Shown: in pieces, positions 38,757-48,538 of the stretch
Layout of the letters: every line of letters starts with the position of its first letter
Position numbering within the stretch: position 1 is the first letter of the stretch
Assembly: GCA_040384805.1 (NCBI GenBank)
Contig: JAZKIP010000001.1
Location: forward strand, 51,981 to 115,980
DNA: 64,000 nucleotides
Source of the DNA: Patescibacteria group bacterium
Lineage (GTDB): Bacteria > Patescibacteriota > Minisyncoccia > Phycocordibacterales > UBA9973
Direction: 5' to 3'
Notes under the pieces: model-generated
Seen by the model: the letters and a program-made list of their open reading frames with translations, nothing else
What the model was told of the DNA's origin: nothing
Database searches by the model: none
Made by a program: the position numbers and the translations under genes

Positions 38757-40196
38757 TTGAGACTTGCCACATATGCTACAATAGGGACTATGGCAGACAG
38801 AAATACCCATCACAAAGCGAACTTACGAGTTCCTCCTCACAGTCTGGAATCCGAGAAAGCGGTTCTTGGATCAATAATGCTTCGCCCGGGAGCTATCCAT
38901 GAGATCAGCGATATTATCTTTGCCGAATGCTTTTACGCTTCCAAGCACGGGCAGATTTACAACACAATGCTTGAGATTTCAAGTAAGGGCGATCCGATCG
39001 ATATTCTTTCTGTTTCGCATAAACTCGGGGAGAAAGGTCTTATTGACCAGGTTGGCGGCTCGCATTATTTAAGCGAACTTGCCGATGCTGTTCCGGCATC
39101 GACGAATATAAAGCATTATGCGGAAATCGTCGTTAAGAAGCATATTCTTCGCAAGATCATTGAAGCGGGCGCCGATATTTCCGAGCTTGGTTTCCGAGAA
39201 GATATCGAGGATGTTTTCGAGACGCTTGATCATGCGGAAAAGCGCATGATGGGAATCAACAACAATGCGAGCAGCCATACCTATACCTCTTTAAAGCAAA
39301 GCTTGCCTGAGGCATGGGAACGTCTTGAAAAGCTTCACGACAACAAGGGCGAACTTCGCGGCGTACCGACAGGCTTTCACGATCTTGATCAATATCTTTC
39401 CGGTCTCCAAAAATCCGATCTTGTCATTATTGCCGCGAGACCTTCGATGGGTAAAACCACCCTTGTTCTTGATATCGCCCGTCAGACGGCGCTTACGCAT
39501 GGAACTCCGACCATTATATTCTCCCTTGAAATGAGTACCCAGCAGCTTGTTGACCGCATGCTCGCCGCTCAGTCGAAAGTGAATGCCTGGAATCTGCGAA
39601 CCGGTAATCTTTCGGCTGAAAATGAATTCGCCAAGATTCGAGACTCTCTTGATCATCTGTCACGCGCTCCTATTTTCGTCGATGACATGGCCGGCAATTC
39701 GATTGTCCGCATGCGTTCAGTCTGTAGACGTATCCGCGCTGAGCATGGCTTGGGCCTGATTATCGTCGACTATCTGCAATTGATGTCGACATCAAAAAAT
39801 TATGACAGTATGGTCAATCAGGTAACTGAGATTTCTCGATCACTTAAGGCCCTTGCCAAGGAATTCAATGTTCCCGTTGTCGCCTTGTCTCAGCTTTCCC
39901 GTGCTGTCGAATCACGCGGTGGCCGGCCCCGTCTATCGGATCTTCGTGACTCGGGATCCATTGAACAGGATGCCGATGTCGTCATGTTTATTCACAGCGA
40001 AGACAAGGGCAAAGACGAGCATGAGCAGACCCATATTACAGAGATTCTTATCGAAAAGCATCGTAATGGTCCTGTCGGCAAAGTGGACATCTTCTTTGAC
40101 AAGAAATCAGCGACATTCATGAATATCGAGAAGACTAATATCAACCAATTCGCCTCTTCCTTCGACTCGCCTGCACGCGATGTTGATCACTTTTAA
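38757..40196 (+). CDS. dnaB: replicative DNA helicase
   Basis: 479 aa; N-terminal PPHSLESEKAVLGS; Walker A ARPSMGKTT; RecA-like C-terminal domain. No intein. Confidence 0.9.
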   Translation: MRLATYATIGTMADRNTHHKANLRVPPHSLESEKAVLGSIMLRPGAIHEISDIIFAECFYASKHGQIYNTMLEISSKGDPIDILSVSHKLGEKGLIDQVGGSHYLSELADAVPASTNIKHYAEIVVKKHILRKIIEAGADISELGFREDIEDVFETLDHAEKRMMGINNNASSHTYTSLKQSLPEAWERLEKLHDNKGELRGVPTGFHDLDQYLSGLQKSDLVIIAARPSMGKTTLVLDIARQTALTHGTPTIIFSLEMSTQQLVDRMLAAQSKVNAWNLRTGNLSAENEFAKIRDSLDHLSRAPIFVDDMAGNSIVRMRSVCRRIRAEHGLGLIIVDYLQLMSTSKNYDSMVNQVTEISRSLKALAKEFNVPVVALSQLSRAVESRGGRPRLSDLRDSGSIEQDADVVMFIHSEDKGKDEHEQTHITEILIEKHRNGPVGKVDIFFDKKSATFMNIEKTNINQFASSFDSPARDVDHF

Positions 40197-40299
40197 ACAT
40201 ATAAATCCTGTAGTAAAAATGGCATTATGTATAACTATCATAAAGAAATAAAAATATGCAGTACATATAAAAGGTCTTTATTAGATTTAACTAATAAAA

Positions 40300-40947
40300 A
40301 TGGCAGAGCCTATGCCATTTTTCACTAACGGGATGAACCCCATTGAGCGCCTCGCGGAATATTTTAAAGAATTTCCCGGTATCGGCGAGCGTCAGGCAAA
40401 GCGCTTTGTTTATTTTCTTCTTCGCAAAAATCCCCAGTATGTCAAAGATCTTGCCGATGCGGTTCTTATTCTTCGTGATTCCATTCATCAGTGCTCCTCC
40501 TGTTTTTTATTCTTCAAAGGGAATGCGGGAGAACTCTGCGACATATGCGGGAATCCCAAGACTGACTCGAGCACACTTATGATCGTAGAAAAGGATGCCG
40601 ATGTTGAAAGCATCAAAAAGAGCAAGATATATACCGGCAAATATTTCATATTAGGAGGTTTGGTGCCGATTGTAACAAAAGAGACTCCGACGTTCGTTCG
40701 GACAAAGGAATTAACAAGAACCATCGAAGAACGATCGAAAACGTCTGATCTTGCGGAAATTATTATTGCTTTGTCTCTCAATCCTCAAGGAGAACATACT
40801 GACATGTATGTGCGGGAACTTTTATCCCCGCTTGAAAAAAAATACGGGTTCAAGATCGTATCTCTTGGCCGAGGTCTCTCGACCGGTACGGAGCTTGAAT
40901 ACTCCGACAGCGAGACGATCAAGAACGCTTTGCGGAACAGGTCTTAA
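40300..40947 (+). CDS. recR: recombination protein RecR
   Basis: 215 aa; HhH N-terminus, C4 zinc finger CSSC...CDIC, Toprim domain. Confidence 0.85.
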   Translation: MAEPMPFFTNGMNPIERLAEYFKEFPGIGERQAKRFVYFLLRKNPQYVKDLADAVLILRDSIHQCSSCFLFFKGNAGELCDICGNPKTDSSTLMIVEKDADVESIKKSKIYTGKYFILGGLVPIVTKETPTFVRTKELTRTIEERSKTSDLAEIIIALSLNPQGEHTDMYVRELLSPLEKKYGFKIVSLGRGLSTGTELEYSDSETIKNALRNRS

Positions 40948-40953
40948 TAAAAT

Positions 40954-40976
40954 AAAACCGCGCACTGCGCGGTTTT
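40954..40976. terminator. bidirectional rho-independent terminator between recR and rplU
   Basis: aaaaccgcgca-ct-gcgcggtttt with T-run; the rplU stop overlaps its 3' edge. Confidence 0.75.
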
Positions 40977-41340
40977 ATTTTATTGCTGAGATTTTAACTT
41001 CTACGAACGGCTGTCGATGCCCGTTCTTTTTATGGTAGCGGCTTTTCTGCTTGTATTTAACAACGGTAACGGTCTTTGCTTTGCCTGACCGCTGAAATAG
41101 CGATTCAACGGATGCGGTAGGTATATACGGAGAACCGATAGTCGTATCGATTCCGTTATCGACGAGAAGCACCTTGTCGAAGATAATCTTATCGCCGAGA
41201 GCGAATTCTCCTTCGAGTTTTTCAACTTTAAGAACATCGCCAACGGCAACTTTGTATTGCTTGCCGCCTGTTTCAATTACCGCGAATTCCTTGGAGTCGG
41301 ATGCTACTTTCTTTTTCTGTGGTGTTGTTTTTGTTGCCAT
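40975..41340 (-). CDS. rplU: 50S ribosomal protein L21 (with N-terminal basic extension)
   Basis: 121 aa; ...FAVIETGGKQYKV..GDVLKVEKL... L21 core. No rpmA follows, because recR is convergent. Confidence 0.85.
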   Translation of the reverse strand: MATKTTPQKKKVASDSKEFAVIETGGKQYKVAVGDVLKVEKLEGEFALGDKIIFDKVLLVDNGIDTTIGSPYIPTASVESLFQRSGKAKTVTVVKYKQKSRYHKKNGHRQPFVEVKISAIK

Positions 41341-41438
41341 AATACTTGCAAGGAAAGCTCAAAAATAAAGCTTTTCTATAGGGCCTATCATACACAAAAA
41401 CTTTGAGAAATGCAAGCCAGACGGTATAATCACAAAAT

Positions 41439-42350
41439 ATGATATCAAAATACGCTTATCTGGGCCAAATATGGATCGATCTTGACTCCCCGACCGAAGA
41501 AGAACTTGGCCATGTGATGGAAGAATATTCTATTCCGAACCTTGTTGGCGAAGAGATACGTTCACGAAATATTCAATCGAAGGTCGATCTTTTCCCTTCT
41601 TTTATATATCTTGTTATGCATTTTCCGCATGTAGGCCGCGCGGGAAGCCACAATGCCGATCACGAGATCGACTTTATCATGGGCGCTGATTTCCTCATTA
41701 CCGTTCATTATGGATTTATACCGTCACTCCATGAGTTTTCAAAGACATTCGAAGTTGATGCGATCTTAGAAAAAAAAACCAGCATTAGCCATGCCGGAAT
41801 CCTTTTTCTCTCCCTTATTAAGACACTCTACTCCCATTCGCAAGATCAGCTCCGCGACATACATGTTCTCTTGAAAGAAACTGAGAGAAAAATATTCGAG
41901 GCTACTGAGCGCAAGACCGTAGTTATGATTTCCAATACCAATCGCATGCTCCTTGGTTTTCGGCAGGCTCTTCGATTCCATAAGAGCATTTTGAACTCTT
42001 TTGAACAGAGCGCCATGCGTTTTTACGGCGAAAGCTTCGCCCACCATATTTCACTGATTCACAGCGAGTATGATAAGACACAGGCCATTCTCGACAGCCA
42101 CAAAGAAATTCTGGATGATCTGCGCGATACGAACGATTCTCTGCTTGCCAACAGGACGAACGAGACGATGAAAATCCTGACCATCATTACATTTCTCCTG
42201 TCGCCTTTTACCGTCATCTCAAGCATCTTCATGATGAATACGGATTCCCTGCTCATTTCGTCCCTTTCGGATTATTATCTCGTTGTCGGAGCGATGCTTC
42301 TGATAAGCATTATTATCTTTATTTATTTTAAAAAGAAAAAATGGCTCTAA
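41439..42350 (+). CDS. corA: CorA-family divalent cation transporter
   Basis: 303 aa; cytoplasmic alpha/beta domain plus two C-terminal TM helices. The usual GMN motif is MMN here (IFMMNTD). TATAAT about 10 nt upstream. Confidence 0.65.
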   Translation: MISKYAYLGQIWIDLDSPTEEELGHVMEEYSIPNLVGEEIRSRNIQSKVDLFPSFIYLVMHFPHVGRAGSHNADHEIDFIMGADFLITVHYGFIPSLHEFSKTFEVDAILEKKTSISHAGILFLSLIKTLYSHSQDQLRDIHVLLKETERKIFEATERKTVVMISNTNRMLLGFRQALRFHKSILNSFEQSAMRFYGESFAHHISLIHSEYDKTQAILDSHKEILDDLRDTNDSLLANRTNETMKILTIITFLLSPFTVISSIFMMNTDSLLISSLSDYYLVVGAMLLISIIIFIYFKKKKWL

Positions 42351-43747
42351 TACTCTACAATTCCCTGTCCCGTGACAAAGAAATGTTTGAACCGCTCGGT
42401 CACACCGGCACTGTGGGCCTGTATACCTGCGGCCCGACCGTATATGATTATGTGACTATCGGGAATTGGCGCACATATACCTTGGGAGACATCACGGCCC
42501 GCGTTCTCTCCTTCGACGGCTATGCGGTGAAATATTTCATGAATATCACCGATGTCGGACATTTGACTGGTGACAACGAAGGTGATGCAGATACGGGCGA
42601 GGATCGCATGGAAAAGGCCAAGAAACGCGAAGGGAAAACCGCATGGGATGTCGCTCATTTTTATGCCGATGACTTTTTGATAGGCTACAAAAAACTGAAC
42701 CTTTTTCCTCCTGAAAAATTTCTCAAGGCAACCGACTATATTCCAGAGCAAATCGCTCTGGTTGAGCGTTTGATGGATCATGATCTTGCATACGCGATCG
42801 ATGATGGAATCTATTTCAATACAGCCGCATATGAGGCGCGAGGCTTCATGTACGGAGAACTTTCGAATCTCGATCATATCAAAGCAGGCGCGCGCGTTGA
42901 GTTCAATCCGGAGAAAAAGAATCCCCGAGATTTCGCATTGTGGAAATTCAGCCCAAAAGATGAGAAACGCGATATGGAGTGGGAAAGCCCCTGGGATATC
43001 GGATTCCCCGGATGGCATATAGAATGTTCCGCCATGAGCATGAAGTTTCTCGGCGAGCAGTTCGATATCCATGTCGGCGGCGAAGATTTGAAAAGCACTC
43101 ATCATCCGAATGAAATAGCACAGTCACAGGGAGCAACCGGCATGGTTCCCTTCGTAAAATATTGGATCCATGGAGCATTCCTGCAAGTTGACGGAGGACG
43201 CATGGGGAAGAGCCTTGGCAATGCATATACTCTTCACGATATCGAGAAGAAAGGGATAAATCCTCTTGCGCTCCGCTACTTCTATATGACCAGCCATTAC
43301 AGATCCCCTCTTAATTTTACATGGGAAGGGCTTGAGGCATCACAAAATGCGCTTCATAAATTATATAAAGAGTATAAAAAGCTTTCACAGGGGAGCAACT
43401 CGACAACGAGTATGGCCCATGTTGAAAAATTCACCGAAGCTCTCAATGATGACCTGAATCTGCCCAAAGCGCTTGCGGTGTTATGGGAACTTATAAAAGA
43501 CGACACCATAGCGGATGCGGATAAGAAAGAGACGCTTTTGCGCCTCGATACTGTCTTGGGCTTTAACCTTTCTTCTTTAAAAGAAGAAATTATCCCAGTG
43601 GAAGTGACGCGTCTTGTGGCGTTGCGAGAACAAGCTCGTCGTGATAAAAAATGGCAGGAAAGCGACGCTTTCAGAGCCAATATCAAAGCTCTCGGCTTTG
43701 ATATTGTTGATACCGATCACGGTCCTGTCGTCTCTCCTCTCTCGTAG
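42341..43747 (+). CDS. cysS: cysteinyl-tRNA synthetase with non-canonical signature motifs
   Basis: 468 aa; LYTCGPTVYDYVTIGNWRTY (zinc Cys; HIGH replaced by TIGN), GWHIECSAM zinc site, RMGKS in place of KMSKS, C-terminal anticodon-binding helical domain. Confidence 0.8.
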   Translation: MALILYNSLSRDKEMFEPLGHTGTVGLYTCGPTVYDYVTIGNWRTYTLGDITARVLSFDGYAVKYFMNITDVGHLTGDNEGDADTGEDRMEKAKKREGKTAWDVAHFYADDFLIGYKKLNLFPPEKFLKATDYIPEQIALVERLMDHDLAYAIDDGIYFNTAAYEARGFMYGELSNLDHIKAGARVEFNPEKKNPRDFALWKFSPKDEKRDMEWESPWDIGFPGWHIECSAMSMKFLGEQFDIHVGGEDLKSTHHPNEIAQSQGATGMVPFVKYWIHGAFLQVDGGRMGKSLGNAYTLHDIEKKGINPLALRYFYMTSHYRSPLNFTWEGLEASQNALHKLYKEYKKLSQGSNSTTSMAHVEKFTEALNDDLNLPKALAVLWELIKDDTIADADKKETLLRLDTVLGFNLSSLKEEIIPVEVTRLVALREQARRDKKWQESDAFRANIKALGFDIVDTDHGPVVSPLS

Positions 43748-43784
43748 GCAAAAAAGCGCGAAGCGCCTAATCTTGTTCCGCTCT

Positions 43785-44816
43785 CTATTGACGAGTAATC
43801 ACAGGCTCTTCCCGTGTCATGCAATGGATCGCTCCTCCGCCGTAAATAATATCCGAGCAATCAATCCCGACGCAAGCGCGATCGGGGAAAAGGCTGGAAA
43901 TGACAGCAAGAGCACGTTCGTCATTGGGATCGTTAAAGAGAGGTACCAGAACTTTTTCATTTGCAATATAGAAATTGACATAGGATGCAGGAGCTTTTGT
44001 TCCGTCGTCATATATTACATGAGGCATCGGTATTTTTACGACAGTAAACGGTTTGCCATCGTAATCGCGGGCCTTCAGGAGATCCTCGTAATTTTTCTGC
44101 AAAATATTAAAGTTCAGATCAGACTCATCTTCCTCGTATGCGCAGAGAATCGTCTGTTTATCCGTAAATCGAGCTATGTCATCGACATGACCATCTGTGT
44201 GATCGTTAATGATGCCTTCGTCAAGCCAGACGATGCGTTTTGCTCCGCAATATTTCGCTAAAATGCTTTCTATCTGGGTTTGAGAGAGCTCAGGATTGCG
44301 ATTCTCGTTAAGCAGGCACTGTTTGGTAGTAATGAGCGTCCCCATACCGTTTGATTCTAGCGCCCCGCCTTCCATATAAAGCGGCACGTCGACCATCGGC
44401 TCTTTAATCACGCTTGAAAGAGTGCGGAAGACGACATCATCCTTCAGAAGATCGCCGAATTTGAAACCATAGGCATTATATCGCCATTTCAACCACGAAA
44501 GCTTTCCCTTCATATCTCTCACAAAGAAAGGTCCGTAATCGCGAAGCCATACATCGGCGTAATCAGCCATATAAAAGAGAACCTGCGTCTGATTGACACT
44601 GTGCGCATGTAACCGTGATTCAATATCTTTTCTTGCTGCTTCGTCGCGAACAAGTAATTTGACCGTCTCGCTTTCCGCTGCATGTCGAATTATTTCTATA
44701 ACGGCATCACGGGCTTTTTCTATTCGCTCCGGAAAGGTGATAGTATCTTCCGGCCACGCAAGCCAGACAGCGCGATGCTTTTCCCATTCGGCAGGCATGG
44801 TAAATACTGTTTCCAT
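43785..44816 (-). CDS. aguA: agmatine deiminase
   Basis: 343 aa; MPAEWEKHRAVWLAWPED start and C-terminal catalytic Cys region (GGGAIHCMTREEP) of the agmatine deiminase / PAD family. Confidence 0.85.
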   Translation of the reverse strand: METVFTMPAEWEKHRAVWLAWPEDTITFPERIEKARDAVIEIIRHAAESETVKLLVRDEAARKDIESRLHAHSVNQTQVLFYMADYADVWLRDYGPFFVRDMKGKLSWLKWRYNAYGFKFGDLLKDDVVFRTLSSVIKEPMVDVPLYMEGGALESNGMGTLITTKQCLLNENRNPELSQTQIESILAKYCGAKRIVWLDEGIINDHTDGHVDDIARFTDKQTILCAYEEDESDLNFNILQKNYEDLLKARDYDGKPFTVVKIPMPHVIYDDGTKAPASYVNFYIANEKVLVPLFNDPNDERALAVISSLFPDRACVGIDCSDIIYGGGAIHCMTREEPVITRQ

Positions 44817-44819
44817 AGA

Positions 44820-45761
44820 TTATTTCTTCTTTTTGCCGAGGGCTTTCTTCATCGAGGCGTAATGATCGACATTCTGAAGCTTTTTAGATTTTTTAGTCAA
44901 TTTCTGATGAGTAAGATCCGAATATGTATCAGGCCGCCTGTTGCGCAGGAATCCCCAGCCTTCCTCATAGAATGCGTTCCTGGAAAGATCAAGAGTGGCT
45001 ACGATAACTTCATCCTTGTCTGACGATGCTTTCTTGAGAATCTCTCCGAAAGGACCCGCTATGAATGATTGCCCATAGAATTCCATATTGCCTTCCCGTC
45101 CGATGCGGTTTATGGCAGCGATATAAACGCTGTTTGCGATTCCGTGAGACCGTTGGATAGTTTCCCACGCATTATGCCAGTCTCCTTCTGCTTTGTAATC
45201 AACAATATGGCCGATGGCAGTCGGGTAGAAAATCACTTGAGCGCCTGCCAAACGGCTCATACGGGCCGCTTCAGGGAACCATTGGTCATAGCAGATAAGA
45301 ACCGAGAACTTTACGCCATCGATTGAAAATGTCTTATAACCAAGCTCTCCATGCTCAAAATAATCTTTCTCGTAGAATCCCGGATCGTGCGGGATGTGGA
45401 TTTTGTGATAATGCCCGATAATCGATCCTTTCTTATTGATGACGACTGCTGTATTGAAGTATTTGCCGTCCTTCTCTTCATAGAACGGCACAATAATAGC
45501 GACATGAAGTCGTTTTGCTGTTTTTCTCATGGCCGCTATGGTTGCGCCTGAAAGAGGCTCTGCAAAATCATCTTTGTTCTTTTTTTGCCACTGCGGGAAA
45601 TAGGGAGTTTGAAAGAGTTCCTGAAGCGCGATGATCGCCGCGCCTTTGCTGGCAGCTTGCTCGATAAGAGTGATCGTCTTTGCAACGTTGGCCACGCTAT
45701 CGTCTGAGACGCTGGTTTGGACAAGTCCTATGATTATTTTCGATGTCTTTTTAGAGACCAT
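44820..45761 (-). CDS. aguB: N-carbamoylputrescine amidohydrolase (nitrilase superfamily)
   Basis: CN-hydrolase E-K-C triad context (...ALQELF..., ...ICYDQWFPE...). Start trimmed to MVSKK. Confidence 0.8.
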   Translation of the reverse strand: MVSKKTSKIIIGLVQTSVSDDSVANVAKTITLIEQAASKGAAIIALQELFQTPYFPQWQKKNKDDFAEPLSGATIAAMRKTAKRLHVAIIVPFYEEKDGKYFNTAVVINKKGSIIGHYHKIHIPHDPGFYEKDYFEHGELGYKTFSIDGVKFSVLICYDQWFPEAARMSRLAGAQVIFYPTAIGHIVDYKAEGDWHNAWETIQRSHGIANSVYIAAINRIGREGNMEFYGQSFIAGPFGEILKKASSDKDEVIVATLDLSRNAFYEEGWGFLRNRRPDTYSDLTHQKLTKKSKKLQNVDHYASMKKALGKKKK

Positions 45762-46827
45762 ATGCTGAAATAAGCTTATTGGCTTCCTCCGGGTAAGCCT
45801 TGCATTCAAGGAGGGCGGTGAGCATGAGGGGCGCTACGATCGTGGCATCCGATTCGACGACAAACATAGGCGTGTCTTTTGTCAGCTTATCCCATGTGAT
45901 TTTCTCATTGGGAGTAGCTCCTGAATATGAGCCGTATGATGTTGTTGAATCGGAGATCTGGCAGAAATAAGCCCATGGCTTTGCCTCCTGTTCCATATCA
46001 TATTTAAGCGATGGCACCACGCATATCGGAAAATCTCCTGCGATCCCTCCGCCGATCTGGAAGAATCCTATTCCCTCTCCTTCTGAAAGCGTTTGATACT
46101 GATCATAGAAATGGGCCATATATTCGATTCCTGATTTTGCAATCAGTGCCTCGAAATCGCCATGTTTAACATGCGAGGCAAAAATATTGCCGAATGTCGA
46201 ATCTTCATACCCGGGAACAACGATGGGAAGGTTTTTCTCGGCCGCCGCCAAAAGCCAGCACTCGTCGGGATTCCCCTCATGAGATTCTGTATCGACTTTC
46301 TGGATAAGATCATAGAAATATTCATGCCAGAATCGGCGGTCCTTGCTTTCGTATGCTTGCTTCCACATGGGAACTATATATTTTTCAACAGCACGGAAGG
46401 CTTCGTCTTCAGGGATGCTCGTGTCGGTAACGCGGCGCATGCGGTCTTCCAAGATCTTCGTATCATGTTCCTTTGTAAAATACCGATAGTCGGGAAAGTC
46501 GACATAGCTATCATGAGCGACAAGACGAAACAATGATTCCTCGAGATTCGCTCCGGTGCTCGAGATGCCATGAATAAGGCCGTTGCGGATAGCCGGGGCT
46601 AAAACGATGCCAAGTTGGGCCGAACTCATAGCTCCTGCAAGTGCCCAAAACATTTTTCCTCCTTTTTCGATATGACGCCAGTAAGCGAGGATAGCGTCCC
46701 GGGTCGCACGGGCGTTGAAATTCTTGTAATTCTTAAGTACGAATTCTAGTGTCGGAAGATTGCTGTTCATAATGTGTAATCTTAATTTTATAATCTCTCT
46801 ATAGTATAGCGTATTCCAAGAATCCAC
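45751..46827 (-). CDS. deoxyhypusine synthase-like protein (DHS / homospermidine synthase-like)
   Basis: 358 aa; NAD-binding Rossmann pattern and conserved DHS-family blocks (...GLIHGISSTGANLEE..., ...VPGYEDSTFG...). Function in bacteria is uncertain. Confidence 0.65.
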   Translation of the reverse strand: MDSWNTLYYREIIKLRLHIMNSNLPTLEFVLKNYKNFNARATRDAILAYWRHIEKGGKMFWALAGAMSSAQLGIVLAPAIRNGLIHGISSTGANLEESLFRLVAHDSYVDFPDYRYFTKEHDTKILEDRMRRVTDTSIPEDEAFRAVEKYIVPMWKQAYESKDRRFWHEYFYDLIQKVDTESHEGNPDECWLLAAAEKNLPIVVPGYEDSTFGNIFASHVKHGDFEALIAKSGIEYMAHFYDQYQTLSEGEGIGFFQIGGGIAGDFPICVVPSLKYDMEQEAKPWAYFCQISDSTTSYGSYSGATPNEKITWDKLTKDTPMFVVESDATIVAPLMLTALLECKAYPEEANKLISAYGL

Positions 46828-47030
46828 AAAATAGGATCAGGTGCGAGTTGAAAAAGTGAATACTTGGAGCTTTTGCAAGACCCATTGAGGACTTTTCCGT
46901 GGGAAAAGATCCAATGAGTGGACTGTTCCTGTAAGGAAAGGTGAGGATTGAGAACAAGATTGCACAGGTCTGCTTTGCGGAAGTAACCGGAATCGACAAC
47001 AAAGCAGATGGTCCCATTTTCTCGATTCGA

Positions 47031-48407
47031 CTACCAGCCAAACATCTTGCCAACCTCCTCCGGAGTTTCTCTCTTTCTGGCTACAACGACATGGCCGTTC
47101 TCGACGATAATTTTCAAAGGTGACGAAAGAAGACAATGATGCATGACCAAAGCGTCTTCATATGCTCCGGTGTCAAATACGGCTATATACATGGCATGAC
47201 TCTCATCCATTTCATAATCTGGTAAAGCAATGGAACCTGGGCCTGTGTATACATCGTCGGAATCACATGTAGAGCCAGCAAGCCAGACATTCGTGAGATT
47301 CTTGTCATTGCTTATATTGACTGGTGCAATCGCCCACTGTTGTTTAATGGCCCATGTATCACAAAGATCGTTCATAAAGCTTCCATCGATAACATACCAC
47401 TTTGAAGCAGCTGCTTTCTTGTTCGGTATCTTTTTCGTATCGATGACCTTGTATATATTTATCTGCGCAGGCGCAGCTATATATCTTCCCCATTCGCAAA
47501 TAATATTCGGATGCGGCATGCCCTGCTTCTCTGATTCTTTCTTGATCACCTCGAATATCTTCTCAAGCAGCTTGTCGACGGGATAACTTTTTGTCCGTTC
47601 ATAGGGTATCGGCATGCCGCCTCCGATATCAAGAGTATCAAGCGACGGATTTTTCTCCTTGAGCTTGAAATAAACATCGAGGGCATACTTGATTGGGCCG
47701 ATGACATCGGAAAGCTTCTCGATCTGAGATCCTATATGGTAATGAAGAATTTTGAGGTTTTTAAACGATCCCATCTGGAGAATTTCTTTTGCAGAAAATC
47801 CAAAGCGGTCAATCGTCTTATTCCAATATGAACTTGCTTTGATCGGCATATCAAGCCGAATGCCGACATCGTATTTGGAATGCTGGAGAAACTTCAGTTC
47901 ATTCGGGCCTTCAATGATCGGAAATATTTTTGTTCCCTTGTGCTGAAGTTCGTCGATGAGATTCATATATTTGTCGGTCTTCGGGCCGTTACAGAGAATA
48001 CGGATATTCGGATTGAAGGATTCCTGTTCAAGCATCTTTTTTATCAAGTAAAGGTCGTTATATGAAGATGTCTCAAGATGAGCTCCTTCTCCGACGATTG
48101 CCATGATGGCCTCCTTATTCTGGTTGACTTTCATAGGGAAATGATAAAAGAATTTGCCTTTATAGCTGATCTTTTTCGAGAAGACTTGGGCGATATCAAG
48201 AAGATCTTCGAGGCGCTCTTCGATGACAAAAGGCATCAGGATCTCAAGCGAGGTTCCCATCTTATCCGCCAGATAACGGACATTATATATATTGTGACCT
48301 TCTTTGATGATGAGGTCGCCCTCTTTGTTAAAATCAAAATATTGTGTATTAAATTCCTTTGCACCGATTTTCCACAGCTTCTTTGAAGCGATAGAGCGTT
48401 TCGTCAT
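47031..48407 (-). CDS. PLP-dependent Orn/DAP/Arg decarboxylase (fold type III), putative arginine decarboxylase
   Basis: 458 aa; alanine-racemase-like TIM barrel with HxGSQ-type motif (HYHIGSQ) and C-terminal beta domain (GAYEDA..). Operon context with DHS-like, aguB and aguA suggests agmatine formation. LysA cannot be excluded. Confidence 0.6.
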   Translation of the reverse strand: MTKRSIASKKLWKIGAKEFNTQYFDFNKEGDLIIKEGHNIYNVRYLADKMGTSLEILMPFVIEERLEDLLDIAQVFSKKISYKGKFFYHFPMKVNQNKEAIMAIVGEGAHLETSSYNDLYLIKKMLEQESFNPNIRILCNGPKTDKYMNLIDELQHKGTKIFPIIEGPNELKFLQHSKYDVGIRLDMPIKASSYWNKTIDRFGFSAKEILQMGSFKNLKILHYHIGSQIEKLSDVIGPIKYALDVYFKLKEKNPSLDTLDIGGGMPIPYERTKSYPVDKLLEKIFEVIKKESEKQGMPHPNIICEWGRYIAAPAQINIYKVIDTKKIPNKKAAASKWYVIDGSFMNDLCDTWAIKQQWAIAPVNISNDKNLTNVWLAGSTCDSDDVYTGPGSIALPDYEMDESHAMYIAVFDTGAYEDALVMHHCLLSSPLKIIVENGHVVVARKRETPEEVGKMFGW

Positions 48408-48493
48408 CTTCTTTTATACCAAGCGCTTCTTCTTGCCTGCGCCTGTGAAAAATAATAATACTGTATATCATAGCAGAATCTTCATATATGTAA

Positions 48494-48537
48494 ATAGAAA
48501 CAGCCCCGACAATAATAATTGTCGGGGCTGTTTCTAT
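48494..48537. terminator. strong hairpin terminator downstream of dnaJ
   Basis: atagaaacagccccgacaa-taataa-ttgtcggggctgtttctat, a perfect 19-bp stem ending 2 nt from the dnaJ stop. Confidence 0.7.
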
Positions 48538-48538
48538 T

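Noticed and set aside
42347-43105. 252-aa minus-strand ORF
   Set aside because: Antisense to cysS; no motif; shadow ORF.
43614-44261. 215-aa + strand ORF
   Set aside because: Antisense to aguA; shadow ORF.
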